This document shows positions 28,608-42,126 of a stretch of DNA of 124,000 nucleotides, in pieces. The stretch comes from Wallemia ichthyophaga EXF-994 (lineage: Eukaryota; Fungi; Basidiomycota), in contig NW_008806280.1 of NCBI RefSeq assembly GCF_000400465.1, forward strand, positions 20,001-144,000, read 5' to 3'. A program made the position numbers and the translations under genes. How positions within the stretch are numbered: position 1 is the first letter of the stretch; each line of letters begins with the position of its first letter. The notes below the pieces were generated by a model. It did not search any database. It was not told the DNA's origin and worked only from the letters and a program-made list of their open reading frames with translations.

Positions 28608-29148
28608 ATGTCTTCTGCAGCCCACGCCAACCCAGCATTCTCCAAGAAGAACAAAGGTTCCGAAGGTATCAACTCAAAGCTTCAGCTCGTTGTCAAGTCG
28701 GGCAAGTACACGCTCGGCTACAAGTCTGCATTGAAGCAATTGAGATCTGGCAAGGGTGAGTTTTGATTATTATAAGAATACTCAGTCGATTATCTGGCAT
28801 CGCACAGCGTGACTCAAGGTCGCTGCTAGAACTGGAGCCTCTGTTAATCACATTTGGCTGAGAAGGTTCTCTCTTACTCCCCACTAACACTCTCTCTCAG
28901 CCAAGCTCGTCCTCATCGCAGGCAACTGCCCACCTTTGCGCAAGTCTGAGCTCGAGTACTTTGCCATGCTTTCAAAGACAGCTGTTCACCACTACTCGGG
29001 CTCAAACGTCGCCCTCGGTACCGCTGCTGGTAAGCTTTTCCGCGTCGGTGTCCTCACCATCCAAGACCAAGGTGACTCTGACATTGTGAGTTGAAAATTT
29101 TACCCCTTTCTATGTCTTACACACCAACAGCTCTCATCATTCGAATAA
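28608..29148 (+). CDS. RPL30: 60S ribosomal protein eL30
   Basis: [50 protein letters not shown]; introns 28756-28900 and ~29086-29130. Confidence 0.97.
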
Positions 29149-29280
29149 GTTTGTTGATTGATTTGTAACTGGAGTCATTTATTGGATTGAGTCGAATACG
29201 AAGAGGTGTGTTTTGAGTGTTTATACTCCCGAGTGCCATGTCTTTTAGCTATAATGTCGAATAAATAAATACAAGTGCTT

Positions 29281-30211
29281 CTAAGAAAACTTCCATCTGT
29301 TGTTACACACCGTGCACGTAACAAACGTAGTCATTGGCTCATCCGCCGATCGCGTCTGCATTTGATAGTAGGTACACTTCCTCTGCTTGCATCTACCGCA
29401 TTTGAATGAATCTGTCTCAGCTTGCTGTGGACCAGCGCCTCTAGCCTTGAATAAGTTATTCAACTCCAAAGCTCTATCCTGCTGTTTACGCTCCTCGGAA
29501 GCCATATCGCCTGAGGACATTCTACAGAAGATATCTGCAGGAGTATCACCGGAAATAACTGCAGCTCTAAGGGTAGGATTCTTCTTGTCTTTGAGGTTGA
29601 GCATCAGTGAGCGAATCTTTTTTTTATAGTCTTCTGCAGTGGAACCATTGTTATCATCGAGGACAGTGACTTCAATTGCGAGAGCTCTGTCCATAATAAG
29701 CTCAGAAGGTGCAGACGAGTCGAACACCATAGCATTGTAAAGCAAAGAGAGACAGGTATCGCGTGTTTTGTCGTTAAGTTTCTCGAAATCGACGTTATCA
29801 GTTTTACCTGAGCGTGGTTTGTCGTTTGTGGTGGTATTGGCTGTGGGACTAGACTCAGAAACTTCCTTGGGCTTCTTGGTAACATCATTCTTCCATTTCT
29901 TAACAATTTCCTTGGCTAAGTCGCTAATCTGCCTATTTTCATGGGAGCGCAGCTTACCCACAGCCAAACCAACTTTAGTTTCCTGGGATTGGATATAATG
30001 AGAACAAGGCGATTGAATACATCAAAACACACCCTTATGATATCCTCTGTAGCCGTTAATTCCTCTTTCAACGCCTTGAGTATCTCTATCATCACCTGCA
30101 ATTCCATTAGAGGGTACAACAACAACAACGGCCAATACACACGTCACTCTTCCCAGACGCCTGAGAAGCCTGCAATTCAGTTCTCAGCTTGTTCACCGTT
30201 TTCACGTCCAT
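29281..30211 (-). CDS. DST1: Transcription elongation factor TFIIS
   Basis: CGRCKQRKCTYYQMQTRSADEPMTTFVTCTVC zinc ribbon. Confidence 0.96.
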
Positions 30212-30264
30212 TTTCGTGGTGGTGGAAGTCAACGACTCCTCTCTACCTTCACCAAGAAGCCCAA

Positions 30265-30669
30265 TGAGATTAGAAAAATTAGCAAAATTATCTTTCAGGT
30301 TTCCAACCAACGTACAGCCATTAGAGAGGCGTTTCCAATCAGGTCTTCTTGACGGCCGTAATCGTCAAAGTGGTTATAACGTTTCATTTTCAGAGGTGTG
30401 TTTGGGTTTATAAAGGGTTTAGCACCTCTAATACACCCTAGCGACACACCAGAAGAAGCTGGTATCCAAATATTCAAAATAAGCGTCTATTCTCAGATAC
30501 TCTACAGGACTTTGTGAAGATGAAAGTATCTACAAAGGCCTTACGTAGTATTGATAGATTTGGTGGTTTAGACAATTACCTCCTCAAAACAAGCGATGAC
30601 AAACTCGGTTTATATGGTAGAGCATTGCGGAGGTCTATCCTCGACAAGCAGCTTGTTGGAAAACAATAA
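30265..30669 (+). CDS. Mitochondrial ribosomal protein bL28m
   Basis: Spliced translation gives GYNVSFSE|..RRSWYPNIQNKRLFS..KVSTKALRSIDRFGGLDNYLL. Confidence 0.85.
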
Positions 30670-30702
30670 AAATTATGCATAAAATCATTTCATCTACTTT
30701 AT

Positions 30703-31662
30703 CTACTTTACTTGTGCCCTTCTCTTTCCAATTTGCGCTTGGAATCCTGATTTGATTGCTGCAACTGATCTACGCGATCCACAAGACTCACATGTCATGA
30801 AGTAGAGTCTATTCTCCTTTGTTAGGTTAGTTTCTGGTGATTTGCATGTCTTGCAAGTGACATATTCAATGATATATCTTCTTAGCACATTCTCAATCTG
30901 CTTCTGTTGAAATCTACCTCTAATAACCAATCTTTGTGATCCATCGACGGAACCAGATGTACCCAACTCCGCAAATAGGAATTGTATCAAATGTTCTGGT
31001 TGTCTGTGCATCTTTTTACAGATATCTGCTATGTTAGCAAATGCTGTCTTCTTATTACCATCTTTAACAACCTGAGGTGGTGCAATGGTGTATCTCTTTG
31101 CACCGGTGACTAAGGCTGGGTTTTGAGAGTGAAGAAGTTTAAAAGTACGTGAAAGGAGTTCTTTGTACGTGTAGTCTCTTTCAGTACCCAACCAAGGTTC
31201 ACCATTGTCATTTGATGATTCTGAGAGTGGGTCTAAACCATTTCCAGCGGTATCACCAGCTGTTTCACCACTCTCACCTTGGATCTGGGCATTTGAAGAG
31301 CTTCCTTGGTCTAATTCCTTATCGAAAGCATCCAAATCAAAAGCTTTCTTCTTGCTGCTGCTCTTCTTTTTCTTTTTCAAGTCTGAGAATTCATCTGGTT
31401 GATCTTCTTCTTGAACTGGGGAATGCTCTGGCTGCTCAGATTTCTCAGATATCTCACCCTTTTCACTCTTATCAGACTTCTTTTTAGATTTCTTTTTTAA
31501 TCCAGAGAATAAATCTGATTCTTCTGCACCTTCTGGGGTGTCTGCTTGTCCAGCCTGAGCGTCTAAATCATCAAAATTTACAGCTTTCTTTTTCTTCTTC
31601 TTCAAAGCTGGATCAATTGAAAGATCTTGGTCTTGTTTGGTTGGAACGTGTGCGTCTGTCAT
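30703..31662 (-). CDS. SUI3: Translation initiation factor eIF2 beta
   Basis: Three poly-Lys boxes; [17 protein letters not shown] zinc finger. Confidence 0.96.
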   Translation of the reverse strand: MTDAHVPTKQDQDLSIDPALKKKKKKAVNFDDLDAQAGQADTPEGAEESDLFSGLKKKSKKKSDKSEKGEISEKSEQPEHSPVQEEDQPDEFSDLKKKKKSSSKKKAFDLDAFDKELDQGSSSNAQIQGESGETAGDTAGNGLDPLSESSNDNGEPWLGTERDYTYKELLSRTFKLLHSQNPALVTGAKRYTIAPPQVVKDGNKKTAFANIADICKKMHRQPEHLIQFLFAELGTSGSVDGSQRLVIRGRFQQKQIENVLRRYIIEYVTCKTCKSPETNLTKENRLYFMTCESCGSRRSVAAIKSGFQAQIGKRRAQVK

Positions 31663-31846
31663 GAGGTGGCTTAAAAACAGTGTTGGTCGCTGTGAGCTAA
31701 GGAGGGGAGAACGAATAAATTAATATTAACAAATTACTAGAATTAACCAAAATAACAGTACAAATCAATTTAATTTATTTTCATATTTCCATTTTATCGA
31801 TTTTACAAGTTGGTACAAGTTGTACTCCGACGACGACGACGACACG

Positions 31847-32749
31847 ATGCTTAGAGCGGCAACGACAATCAGACCAGCTTTAAAAACTTCAGTTCAGCCT
31901 GCAATGGCAGCGAGAACCTTCTCTTCCACCTCCCCTGCCGCTGAAACTCTCCGTGAAATTGAGCAACGTCTTAAATCCGTAAAGAACATTGAAAAGATCA
32001 CAAAGTCTATGAAAATGATTGCCTCTACAAAGCTCACAAAGGCTCAAAGGGCTATGAACACTGCCATTCAATACGGCAAGACTAACAGTGAAATATTCGA
32101 CCAATCACAAGTCCAAGCTCCTGAAAACGCAAAGTCTTTATGGATTGTTGTTTCCTCTGACTCTGGTTTGTGTGGTGGTATCCACTCCTCCGTTTCCAAG
32201 TACACAAAGCGTGGTATTATTGAGGAAGGTAGTGAAGAACACCCAATCGTTATCCTTGGTGACAGAGCACGTAACCAACTTCAGCGTTCAAACCCAAGCG
32301 ACGTCAAACTCTCTTTCAACCAAATTGGTAAACAAATTCCAACTTTCACTGACGCTGCTGCCATCGCAGACACTATCCTCACTTCAGACATTGAATTTGA
32401 TCAAGTAAACCTCGTCTACAACCAATACACTTCTCAAATTGGTTACGACGCTAACACCATCAAAGCCTACACTGAGAAAATTCTCAGTCAATCTCAAGGT
32501 TTCAAGTCTTATGAGCAAGAAGAGGAGGCAACCAAAGACCTCGCTCAATTCTCATTCGCCAACGCTATCTACGCTGCACTCGTTGAAGGTCACGCCTCTG
32601 AAATCAACGCCCGTAGAAACGCAATGGACAACGCCTCAAAGAACGCAGGTGAAATGATCAACAACCTCAACCTCAAGTACAACCGTGGTCGTCAAGCCCA
32701 AATCACCAACGAGCTTATCGAAGTTATCACTGGTGCTTCTTCACTTTAG
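31847..32749 (+). CDS. ATP3: ATP synthase gamma subunit
   Basis: LKSVKNIEKITKSMKMIASTKL, SDSGLCGGIH, AMDNASKNA, RQAQITNELIE. Confidence 0.97.
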   Translation: MLRAATTIRPALKTSVQPAMAARTFSSTSPAAETLREIEQRLKSVKNIEKITKSMKMIASTKLTKAQRAMNTAIQYGKTNSEIFDQSQVQAPENAKSLWIVVSSDSGLCGGIHSSVSKYTKRGIIEEGSEEHPIVILGDRARNQLQRSNPSDVKLSFNQIGKQIPTFTDAAAIADTILTSDIEFDQVNLVYNQYTSQIGYDANTIKAYTEKILSQSQGFKSYEQEEEATKDLAQFSFANAIYAALVEGHASEINARRNAMDNASKNAGEMINNLNLKYNRGRQAQITNELIEVITGASSL

Positions 32750-32983
32750 ACTTGATCACTTTATAGTACTTGTAGAGCGTGTCTATCTAAAATATCTTTC
32801 TTCAAATGAATTTAAACTAAATTTCAAATTAAATGGGATTGATTGAAAATTGGCATTTCATTGGCATAACCACGCTGTCTTCCCTCTTACCCACCCAAAT
32901 ACAAAATTCTTATACGCACAGCGTTACGAGCAGCGAGCATAAGAAGAAGAATTTCAATACCACCAATTAGATTTATAGGCAGA

Positions 32984-35236
32984 ATGAATCACCCAGAGCA
33001 ATCCAATAACTTGGAAGCACAAGTGCAAGCGCAACCACAGCCACAAGCAAACACCCAAAAACAATCTAAAAAGGATAAAAAGGCTTCAAATACCTCAAAG
33101 AATCCTATTGAAATGACCCCTCCTCCTGCTTACCTCAAAGAGCGTCTCGATATCTGGGACAGGCTTAAAGAAGCTGCAGACGCTGAATTAGCTTCAAAGC
33201 CAAGAGGCCCTATCACTATTACTCTTCCAGATGGCAAGCAGCAGCAAGGAACTTCATATGAAACAACTCCAATGGAACTCGTTAAAGCTATTGCTTCCTC
33301 ACTTGCAGATAGAACCGTTATTTCTAAGGTGAACGGTGCTCTCTGGGATCTAGAAAGACCTTTCGAACAAGACAGCAACGTTGAATTTTTAGATTTCAAC
33401 ACAGAGGAAGGTCAACAAGTTTTCTGGCACTCCTCAGCTCACGTTCTCGGTGAGGCTTGTGAGAGGCACTATGGCAGTCACTTAGCTGTCGGTCCTCCAA
33501 CTGACGACGGTTTCTTCTACGAAATGGCCATCCAAGACCGTATGGTGTATCAGGAGGACTACCAGCCACTTGAGCAAATTGCAAATAGCGCAATCAAGGA
33601 GAAACAGCCATTTGAAAGACTTATGGTATCTAAGGAGAAGCTCTTGGAGTTGTTTGCTTACAACAAGTACAAGCAGTACATCATCTCTTCAAAAATCCCT
33701 GACGGCACCTCCACTACCGTCTACAGATGCGGTCCAATGATCGATTTGTGTAGAGGTCCACACATCCCCCACACTGGAAAGATCAAAGCTTTCAATGTCA
33801 ACAAGCACTCTGCGTCTTACTTCCTCGGTGATGCTAAGAATGACTCGTTGCAGCGTGTCTATGGTATCGCCTTCCCTGACAAAAAGCAGATGGTTGAATA
33901 CAAGCACTTTATAGCTGAAGCTTCAAAGCGTGACCACAGAAAGATTGGCAAAGAACAAGAACTTTTCTTCTTCCATGAACTATCTCCAGGTAGTTGCTTC
34001 TTCTTGCCAAATGGTACGAGAATCTACAACACCCTGCTCGACTTTTTGAAAAAGGAGTACCATGCGCGCGGATACCAAGAAGTTATCACCCCCAACATGT
34101 TCAACACCAAGGTTTGGGAGACTTCCGGTCACTGGCAGAACTATGCCGAAAACATGTTTTCATTAGACATTGAAAAGGAGAAGTTCGCATTGAAGCCTAT
34201 GAACTGTCCAGGTCATTGTTTATTATTCGACATGCGCGACCGTTCTTACAAAGAACTACCGTTCCGCGTTGCGGACTTTGGTGTCCTCCACCGCAACGAG
34301 GCGTCTGGCGCGTTGACTGGGTTGACTAGGGTGAGAAGATTCCAGCAAGACGATGCGCATATATTCTGTCGCAAGGATCAAATAGAGAATGAGTTCTCCG
34401 ATCTGTTCGATTTCCTCGAGAAAGTCTATGGGATTTGTGGGTTCGACTTCAAGTTGAAATTGTCCACTAGACCCGAGAAGTATCTCGGTAAGGTAGAGGA
34501 CTGGGATCAGGCCGAAAAGAACCTCTCCAACGCACTTGAGAAGTTTGTACCTGGTAAATGGGAACTCAACCCTGGCGATGGAGCATTCTACGGTCCAAAG
34601 ATCGATATTACGATCAGTGATGCACTCAGACGTAACCACCAGTGTGCTACTATCCAACTAGACTTCCAACTCCCAGAGAGATTCAAGCTGCGGTACCGCA
34701 CCGGCAACGACGAAGACTTTATCCAGAACGATGATGGGTCTATTGAGAAGGGCTTTGACAGACCGGTTATTATCCACAGGGCTATTCTCGGCTCGCTAGA
34801 GCGTTTCATAGCGATTGTCACTGAACACTTTGGCGGCAAGTGGTGAGTTGTTGACGGCGTGATGGTGTTCACTACCTCTAACAGTTCCAACAGGCCATTC
34901 TGGCTGTCGCCAAGACAAGCCATCATTATCCCCGTTGCGCACAAGTACGACGACTACGCTCATTCCCTCCAGAAACAGCTGTGGGATAATGAAATTATTT
35001 CCGAGGTGGATGCTGGAGAGAACACGCTGCCCAAGAAGATACGTAATGCTGAAATGGCTCAGCATAACTTCATTTTCGTCGTAGGTCAGGAGGAGGTAGA
35101 CGGCAAGTCGGTCAACGTTCGCAATCGCGATGATGCTGGCTCTAAAGCTAAAACTCCTACTGTGCCTTTCGCCGAGGTGCTCCAGCAGATGGTGCGTCTT
35201 AAGGATGAGAAAAGACTTGAGAATAGGTTGTTTTAG
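32984..35236 (+). CDS. THS1: Threonyl-tRNA synthetase, cytosolic
   Basis: [46 protein letters not shown]. Confidence 0.98.
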
Positions 35237-35351
35237 GTGGTGGTAGTAGTATTTTAATTTCATTCATTTCATTTCACTTTATACAATTTACACTTGACAA
35301 TTTCAATTTCACTTTCGCTTTCTGCGCTACTGATATTGCTATCAGTCACAC

Positions 35352-35594
35352 TTAAACATTGTTCTGTCGCCCCAGCTGGTCACTGTCGAGGCGTGGGTCC
35401 GCGGCGATATCGTGCGGGTGTTTGTGGTATTTCTTTCCATCACGACCGAGTGCGTCTTCCATGCGCGCGTCCGTGTGGCGATGTCCCGCTGCTTGTCCCT
35501 TGTTTGCGAGGTCATGTTCGAGGGAGTGCATCGCATCGCGAGGTGCCCTGGTCTCATTCAGTGGTGGTCCCTGCTTGATGAGGTCGTCGGCCAT
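35352..35594 (-). CDS. Small (80 aa) hydrophilic G/H/D/R-rich protein, hydrophilin-like
   Basis: MADDLIKQG..; highly charged, no hydrophobic core; TATA-like element upstream. Confidence 0.55.
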   Translation of the reverse strand: MADDLIKQGPPLNETRAPRDAMHSLEHDLANKGQAAGHRHTDARMEDALGRDGKKYHKHPHDIAADPRLDSDQLGRQNNV

Positions 35595-35991
35595 GTTGTG
35601 CTCTGTCGTTGCTGGCTTGCTTACGACTTGCGATGTTTTTTTGAATTTGTTCTGGTCGTTGGTTGTCGTGTGCATCTGCGGTGTTAGATTGGAAGAAACA
35701 GTAAACCAGCGGGCGGAATAGACAAGCCCTCTGTTCTCACGTAACATCATAAATAAACTAACTGACGTAATTAATTGTTCCATCAAATTTTCACCCTTTA
35801 TCATCCATTCATATATCTTAGGCGCTTTGATTGTCCTGTTGTTTTGTATTAGCATATTCGTGAGCCATCTAGCTAAGGTGACTATCCCTCACGCTGAGAC
35901 ATCTGCACACACCACACCTTGAAAAAACCTCGTAAATCTAAATCTAAATGCAAAAGTATAGTACATAATCAGCAATCCGTGTTGAGTTACA

Positions 35992-37664
35992 TTACGCATG
36001 ACGCTTTTCACCAGGCTCCTCAAATGCCTGCTCCCTTCTAAACTCATCCTCTTCTTGTTCGCGTGTGATCTGCTTGCATACCCTAGATCTAGCTCTTAGC
36101 CAGCCACCAAAAACCAACAAAGTGAATGGGATGGAAGACAGTGCGAGCGCAATGAAACCGATTGTCGATGACGCCCATGGGAAAGACAGGTTATCGAACA
36201 TAGCGGTTGCGAAGAAAGGAAAAGTTGCACCAAGAAGATTTCTCAGTAATGCTTGTGCAGCTTGTGCAGATGAACTGTATTGCTCGTATGCGTCACCAAT
36301 GTAGGTGTAGACACCAGCGTAAATAGGGAAAATACCAAAGTTGACACCAATAACTGCAATCATCGATACCCATGGAGTGATCCATGGACGCGCTGTCCAC
36401 CCGAACATGAACTCGAACGCTCCGAATAACACAGCTCCGAGAGCTGCTTGGTATAGACGTGCTTCAGGTGGTGCAATATGCGTGACTGGATCTTTGCTTC
36501 TTTTGTAAAGTGCATTTTGACCAAAGTTGAGAAGCCATGCAAGGAATGCACCGATGAATCCACAAATCAACACGGTCCCGGACTCGCCTGTTGATCAGGT
36601 TAGACAGGGAATTTAAGGTAATCCAAACTAAAAAACCCACCCTGGTTGAAACCGTAGTTGACTTCGTATACATGTGGGGTAGCACCTGTGAAAAGGAAAA
36701 CCATGCCCCAGGCGAAACCAACCCACAGCGCCAAAGCCATAACGATTGGCTCGGTCAAAAGGTAAACAATAGGTCTAGCCAACGACTTTGACATTGCTCC
36801 TTTGAATGAATGTGCGGCATCTGTTTTGATCTTGAGGTCTGTACCATATGTCTTGTTGTAGTTGCGAACTTTCTTGTCGAGAATGACGTCATGGCGTGTT
36901 TCATCGAGGAGGAACATACACAAGAGGAAGACTGCGCCGTTCATCGCCATCTGCATCCAGTAAATGTTAGGCCAGTCGGTTTTGAATGCCAACCAGTTGC
37001 AACACAACGGACCGAGCGCGTTTGCAGTAAAGACGATGAGCGTGAATGTAGCCATGGCAACACCACGACCGTGATCACGATGGAAGAGATCAGTGATAAT
37101 ACCTGCGACGTGAGGACCCTCAATACTTGCAGCCAAACCCTGGAAAAGACGTGTGATGGATAGGGACTCGATGTTAGGAGCGAGCGCTTGCGGAAGGAAG
37201 AGGATAACGATGAGAAGAAGCAGACCGACAATCATTGGCCGTCTACCGTAGGACTCGGATAGAGGAGCGAGGAAAAGAGGTCCGAGACCCAAAGCAGCAT
37301 TGTAGGTGAAACTGGATGTGAGGAAGACGCTGCCGCTGATACCGAACTCTGCTGTGACACCTGCTTTGGCTGCTGAGTTACCTATAGAGAATGTGAGTAT
37401 GTAAAATAACCTCAACATAGCACATGGACCCACCTGAGAAAAATTTAGCTTTGAAGAATAAGCATGAGTGAAGCGTTACCCACCTGTTGCATTGAAGGCA
37501 GAAACAAAGTTGAGAAGAAGTGCCATGATATAACTCTTGGACTTCTTAGGCATTGACCATTCCCAAGGGAGCTCCTGCCCCACAAGCTCCAAGTCGATAG
37601 GCGGAGGATCGTCGTGGTTCTTGACTTCAGACATTTGGTCCTTCTTGAACTTGTCGAAAAGCAT
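35992..37664 (-). CDS. MFS drug:H+ antiporter (DHA1)
   Basis: W motif (WEWSMPKK), LAPLSESYGRRP, RLFQG, LLTEPIV, PPEARL. Confidence 0.92.
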
Positions 37665-38387
37665 AACAGCCGATTTAGAAGAGAAGAGTGTAACTGGCGG
37701 TATGAATGCGTGGGGATGACGAACAACCTAAATTTGGAAGGTTGTTTGTGGTGATTGTTCAGTGAAAACTTGTAACCGAGAATATATTTGTCTTTATCAG
37801 TGCCGCTCACGTGGTTATCATTTTTAGCTGGGCCGTACTCCGAGGACCTTGGCGAATAAGAATTTTTGTGTTGATAAATTATTATGTGCAAAAGTAGCAG
37901 TGTTTGACAATAGACAAAGAAATACCAAGACTAATGTTGCCAAGCAGCCAAGCAAACCCAAGCCTTACCCAATTCCATCTACGAAGAATTCGAAGATTTT
38001 CCGGACTTCTGAAATCTCTGATCGAGGTGGCGGCGGAAATCGCGGAGTTGCAGGGGCGTATTCATAGCTTTACATGGTAGGCTTTGAGCAGATTTTATCC
38101 ACCAAGTTCCCTATTACGTGTGCTACCCGCTTAGCCGAAGCGAGGGTATGCGAAGGTGCAGAGAATTGGAGCAACTGTCAGAGGATACAAAAATATCTTC
38201 TATAGCAAATCACATGCTTATTGTAGGATTTTGAGTGCAATAGATTTTACACCGCTTGTTCAGGTCTGTCGGGGGCAGTGAACGTGTACCAGACTGTACG
38301 AGCGTTACATGATCGACTAAGGCCTCAGGTCGATGAGCACTCCCTAAACATCCATCCAATGCCCGTAATATATCTTAGACCTTGACT

Positions 38388-39682
38388 ATGATCACAGCCG
38401 TCGTTTCAACGGCCGTATCTCAGCTATTGGACATAATTCTCAGCGCATATGTCTACAATGGCGAATTTCGGTATCCATTTTTCATCACTTTCACTGAATT
38501 TGCTATCTTGGCAGTATTTGCGAGGATTTACACCTCGATTCGCACGAGTAAATGTGCTGGGCGGGAAGCCAAGAACGACGACACACTCTCAGCCTCTCAA
38601 TATCCTCGAGTGCCCAAAGTTTCGTACCTCTTTACGCTCCTCTTGGCTGTTTCCTGGTTTCTTATGAGGATCTTGTTCAATCTGAGCCACGTCCAGGTCC
38701 GAATCGGGCGGGCATCTGAGGTGGGGGTGATGCTGTCAATAGTATTCTACTAACGTAAAAAGGCTGCCATCCCTTTTTTGCTACTACCCGCATGCTCTTA
38801 TTTTAATTTGATCCACATCGACGCACCGACCGCCGCTGTAAGCAGTACCACGTGAGCATTATTAATTCTAACACCCCTACAGCTTACTATAGCAAGCTCC
38901 TTGACTCTTATTGTTAATGGCGCTGTCAACGCTGAATCTATATCTGCCCCTGCCGTGCTCCTCCAAGTTGCTAGAGTTGTCGTACGTCATTGCCCTTATC
39001 ATCGCGAGGGTGTCTAACGATTCGTTGCAGTCGCAAGCTATATTCTTAACCTGCCTCAATAAAACAATCAAGGACCATCACAGGAATCCTATCTTTGCCC
39101 TCAATGCTTATGCTCCCTATGCTGCACTTATCTCTTTGATTGGCTCGGTGGCTTTCGAGGGTGCGCGTTATCTGCGCTTTCTATTCTGTCCGCTGACACT
39201 CATTACGTATTTTAGGAATTGTCCCCCTCCACGACCTGCCGATAATTGGTTTGGTGATTCTCTTGGAGAATGTGCTCTTCTTCTTAGCCAACCAGATATC
39301 AGTAGCCTTTTTGTTACACGTAAGTTTAGTCCAGTATATTGAAGACATATCTCAAACGACACAGAAATCAAATGTTATTGCCTGGTCTAGCGTTTCTCAT
39401 CTAATTACGGTGAGCTTAGTTTTAATATCGATGTTCGTAACAAAGCAAGCACTGCCGCTTGGACAAGCAGTCGTTACGACCTGCTCAGCCTTCTTATCTA
39501 TGTTGCTCCTCCGCACACAATTTCTGAAGCATGAGAAGGCGACTCCACCAACAACAAAGATTCACCTCCACAATCTTGCACCTCATTTGGACATTTCACA
39601 TGTCACTGGAATCCAACCGCTTAAAACACCACCAAATCTTAGTCGTACAAACAGCTCACAGCGTCTACAACATCCTCAATGA
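38388..39682 (+). CDS. Divergent triose-phosphate/nucleotide-sugar transporter family protein, multi-exon
   Basis: YNGEFRYPFFITF; FEG..LHDL.IIGLVILLEN..FFLANQ; frame is intact after manual splicing. Confidence 0.55.
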
Positions 39683-39761
39683 GGAATAATTGATAACTTG
39701 TATTTTACACTGTATAACAATTTTAATGGACATATGTTTTTTGCTTCGATCGCTTACGCTG

Positions 39762-40927
39762 ATGAGGGAGGATAAGAAGACAGTGACAGCGACGACAGCG
39801 GCAACAGCGGCAACAGCGACGCCAACAGGGTATTGGTACTACGTTGGATTGTATTTGATGTTCAATCTTGCTTTGACGCTGTTCAATAAAGCCGTTCTCG
39901 ATGACTTACCGTATCCATACACGCTCACTGCCGTACACGCTGCATCTAACGTAATTGGGTGTACGATTGCCAGGCTGTATGGACTATACGTGGGTGTCTG
40001 TTTGCAATTTAGACCCGCTGCTCATCCAGCACCTAGACGCCAGCGAAACTCTCAACAACGGAAATTGTGATTTTGATCTTCTTTGTGAGTTGGGGATAGT
40101 TTATAGTGCCCAATCTCAACCGCTGAAAGTCCACGCTGTACACCATCAACATTGCTGTGTCCAATCTGTCACTCAGTCTTGTCACAGTACCTGTTCACCA
40201 GGTGGGCATTTGATTGTTTATCGGGGTTAATCTTACGTTAGCTCAGATTATAAGGTCACTAGGACCTCTCTTCACCATGGCACTAGCTGTGCCTATCCTC
40301 GGATCTAAATTCTCAATACCCAAACTAGTGTCTTTGTTACCAGTAATCGCCGGTATCGCTCTGACGACATATGGCGAGATTAGCTTTACAGCACTCGGTC
40401 TGTTCCTCACATTCGCGGGTACAATCTTAGCAGCTTTCAAGACAGTCGTCACCAACTTGATGCAAACTGGTCAGCGATTCCAAATGCATCCTCTCGACTT
40501 ACTCCATTGGCTGTCTCCATTGGCGTTGGCGCAGTGTATCGCTTATGCCGTCTACACAGGCGAGTACTTTGAAGTATACAAGGATCTCTGGCCGATGCAT
40601 AACGTCTACAAGACTATCTTGGTGATTGCACTAAATGGTGCCCTTGCTTTCGGATTGAATGTTGTATCTTTCGTGTCGAATAAGAAGGTCGGACCACTTA
40701 CCATCTCAGTCGCTGCGAATATCAAGCAGGTACTCACTGTTGTTCTGTCTTTCTTCTTTTTTGAGTTGAGCGTTAGTCAAGTGGGCTTTGTGGGCATAGT
40801 TTTAGCTTTGCTGGGAGGTGTGTGATGATCGTTTCAGGTGGTTTGCTTACTTGATTAACCTCCAACTACAGGTCTTTGGTATGGCAGAGTGGAGTATAAT
40901 GACAAAAAACGCGCATTAACTTTGTAG
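39762..40927 (+). CDS. TPT-family nucleotide-sugar transporter
   Basis: YLMFNLALTLFNKAV..PYPYTLTAVH, KTVVTN, LAFGLNVVSF..NKKVGPLT..VAANIKQ. Confidence 0.9.
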
Positions 40928-40995
40928 ACCGCTTCTTACGCTCATGTACTATTAGTCTGTAGAATACAATAATTTATGTCTATGCTAAGGTGTGG

Positions 40996-41963
40996 CTACT
41001 GTTGAGCCAGCAACCAAGGTCTTTCATTCCAGAAGACGTCTTTGATAATGTCTACGTGCAATGTCTGTATGTCTCCGCGCGTGCCATCTATACCATCCTT
41101 GCGTATTTTTTCAATTCTTTTTTTTTCCTTGTAGGCACCATCCGATGGCACTTGAGGCAGTGAAGGAGGATCGCGCACCAGGACAGAACCTTTCTTGTAC
41201 ATTTCATTCAGCTGATTGTAGTTTATGCCGTAATCTTTGAACAGAATGTCATGCTTTTGAGATGAGACAGTGCCTTTCAACAGATTGTGTGCTTCCCTCT
41301 CTGTCTTCTTACCCTGCTGGACAATAGCCCAGAAGCAGGTGTTGTATAGGTTGTTTATATGTGCTGGGAGCGCTTTTAGTTTGAATATGTCAATAAACGC
41401 GCTTTAAAACCCACTATCGACTTGCCTCCAAGCGAAATAGTCGCGAACGTGTATAGTGAGGGGGTAAGTGATAATTCTACCGTCAAAAATGGGTGGATAA
41501 GCGAGTGGAATACTAAAGTGTCTGCTCCAATTGTACATAAAAGCTGAAGAAAACGCAGAAACAACCTGAGTCACTATCTTTGCTTTACGGCGATCATAGA
41601 TATGTGATTGAGGGCGCAAAAGGAAGCTTTTCGAGTGTGATTGTGAGTTTGGGTGCGAGGATTACTGGCATATTGACCCACCTATATTCATCACTCTCCC
41701 CGAAAGCCAAAATTACATCGTGGAGCTGCTGCATAACGAATTGAGCAGCGTCATTCATGCATTCTAAGGCTCGGCTATCATTTGGTTTCCTGAAATTATG
41801 TATATCGCTGAATCTAATTGCATTTTAGAGCGAATTGGAGTGCAAGATTGCTGTCACACCTGTGGAAGCTGTGACCATCTATTCTCACAACTGAGAAAGT
41901 ACTCGGGATCAATCTGTCGTGTTCCTCGAACTCCCGTACGTATCCGAATCTTGAGTTGGCCAT
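40996..41963 (-). CDS. THG1: tRNA(His) guanylyltransferase
   Basis: MANSRFGYVREFE, VVRIDGHSFH, PIFDGRI..YP, DYFAWRQVD, KDYGINYN. Confidence 0.95.
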
Positions 41964-42126
41964 GTTGGTTGAAATAAGAAGAACATCCGAGTGGGTTAAC
42001 ATTTTAATCCTTTAAAGGAAAACCCTCAAATCCCCTGAGATTCGTCTAAAAATTAAATTTCTAAATTCAGAAATTAACCGTCATAAGCTTATCTTTCCAA
42101 CGACGACGGCGAGAAGAACTACGAAG

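Noticed and set aside
38388-39682. First transporter gene as a frameshifted pseudogene
   Set aside because: Recounting bases at 39216-39230 restores the frame after splicing
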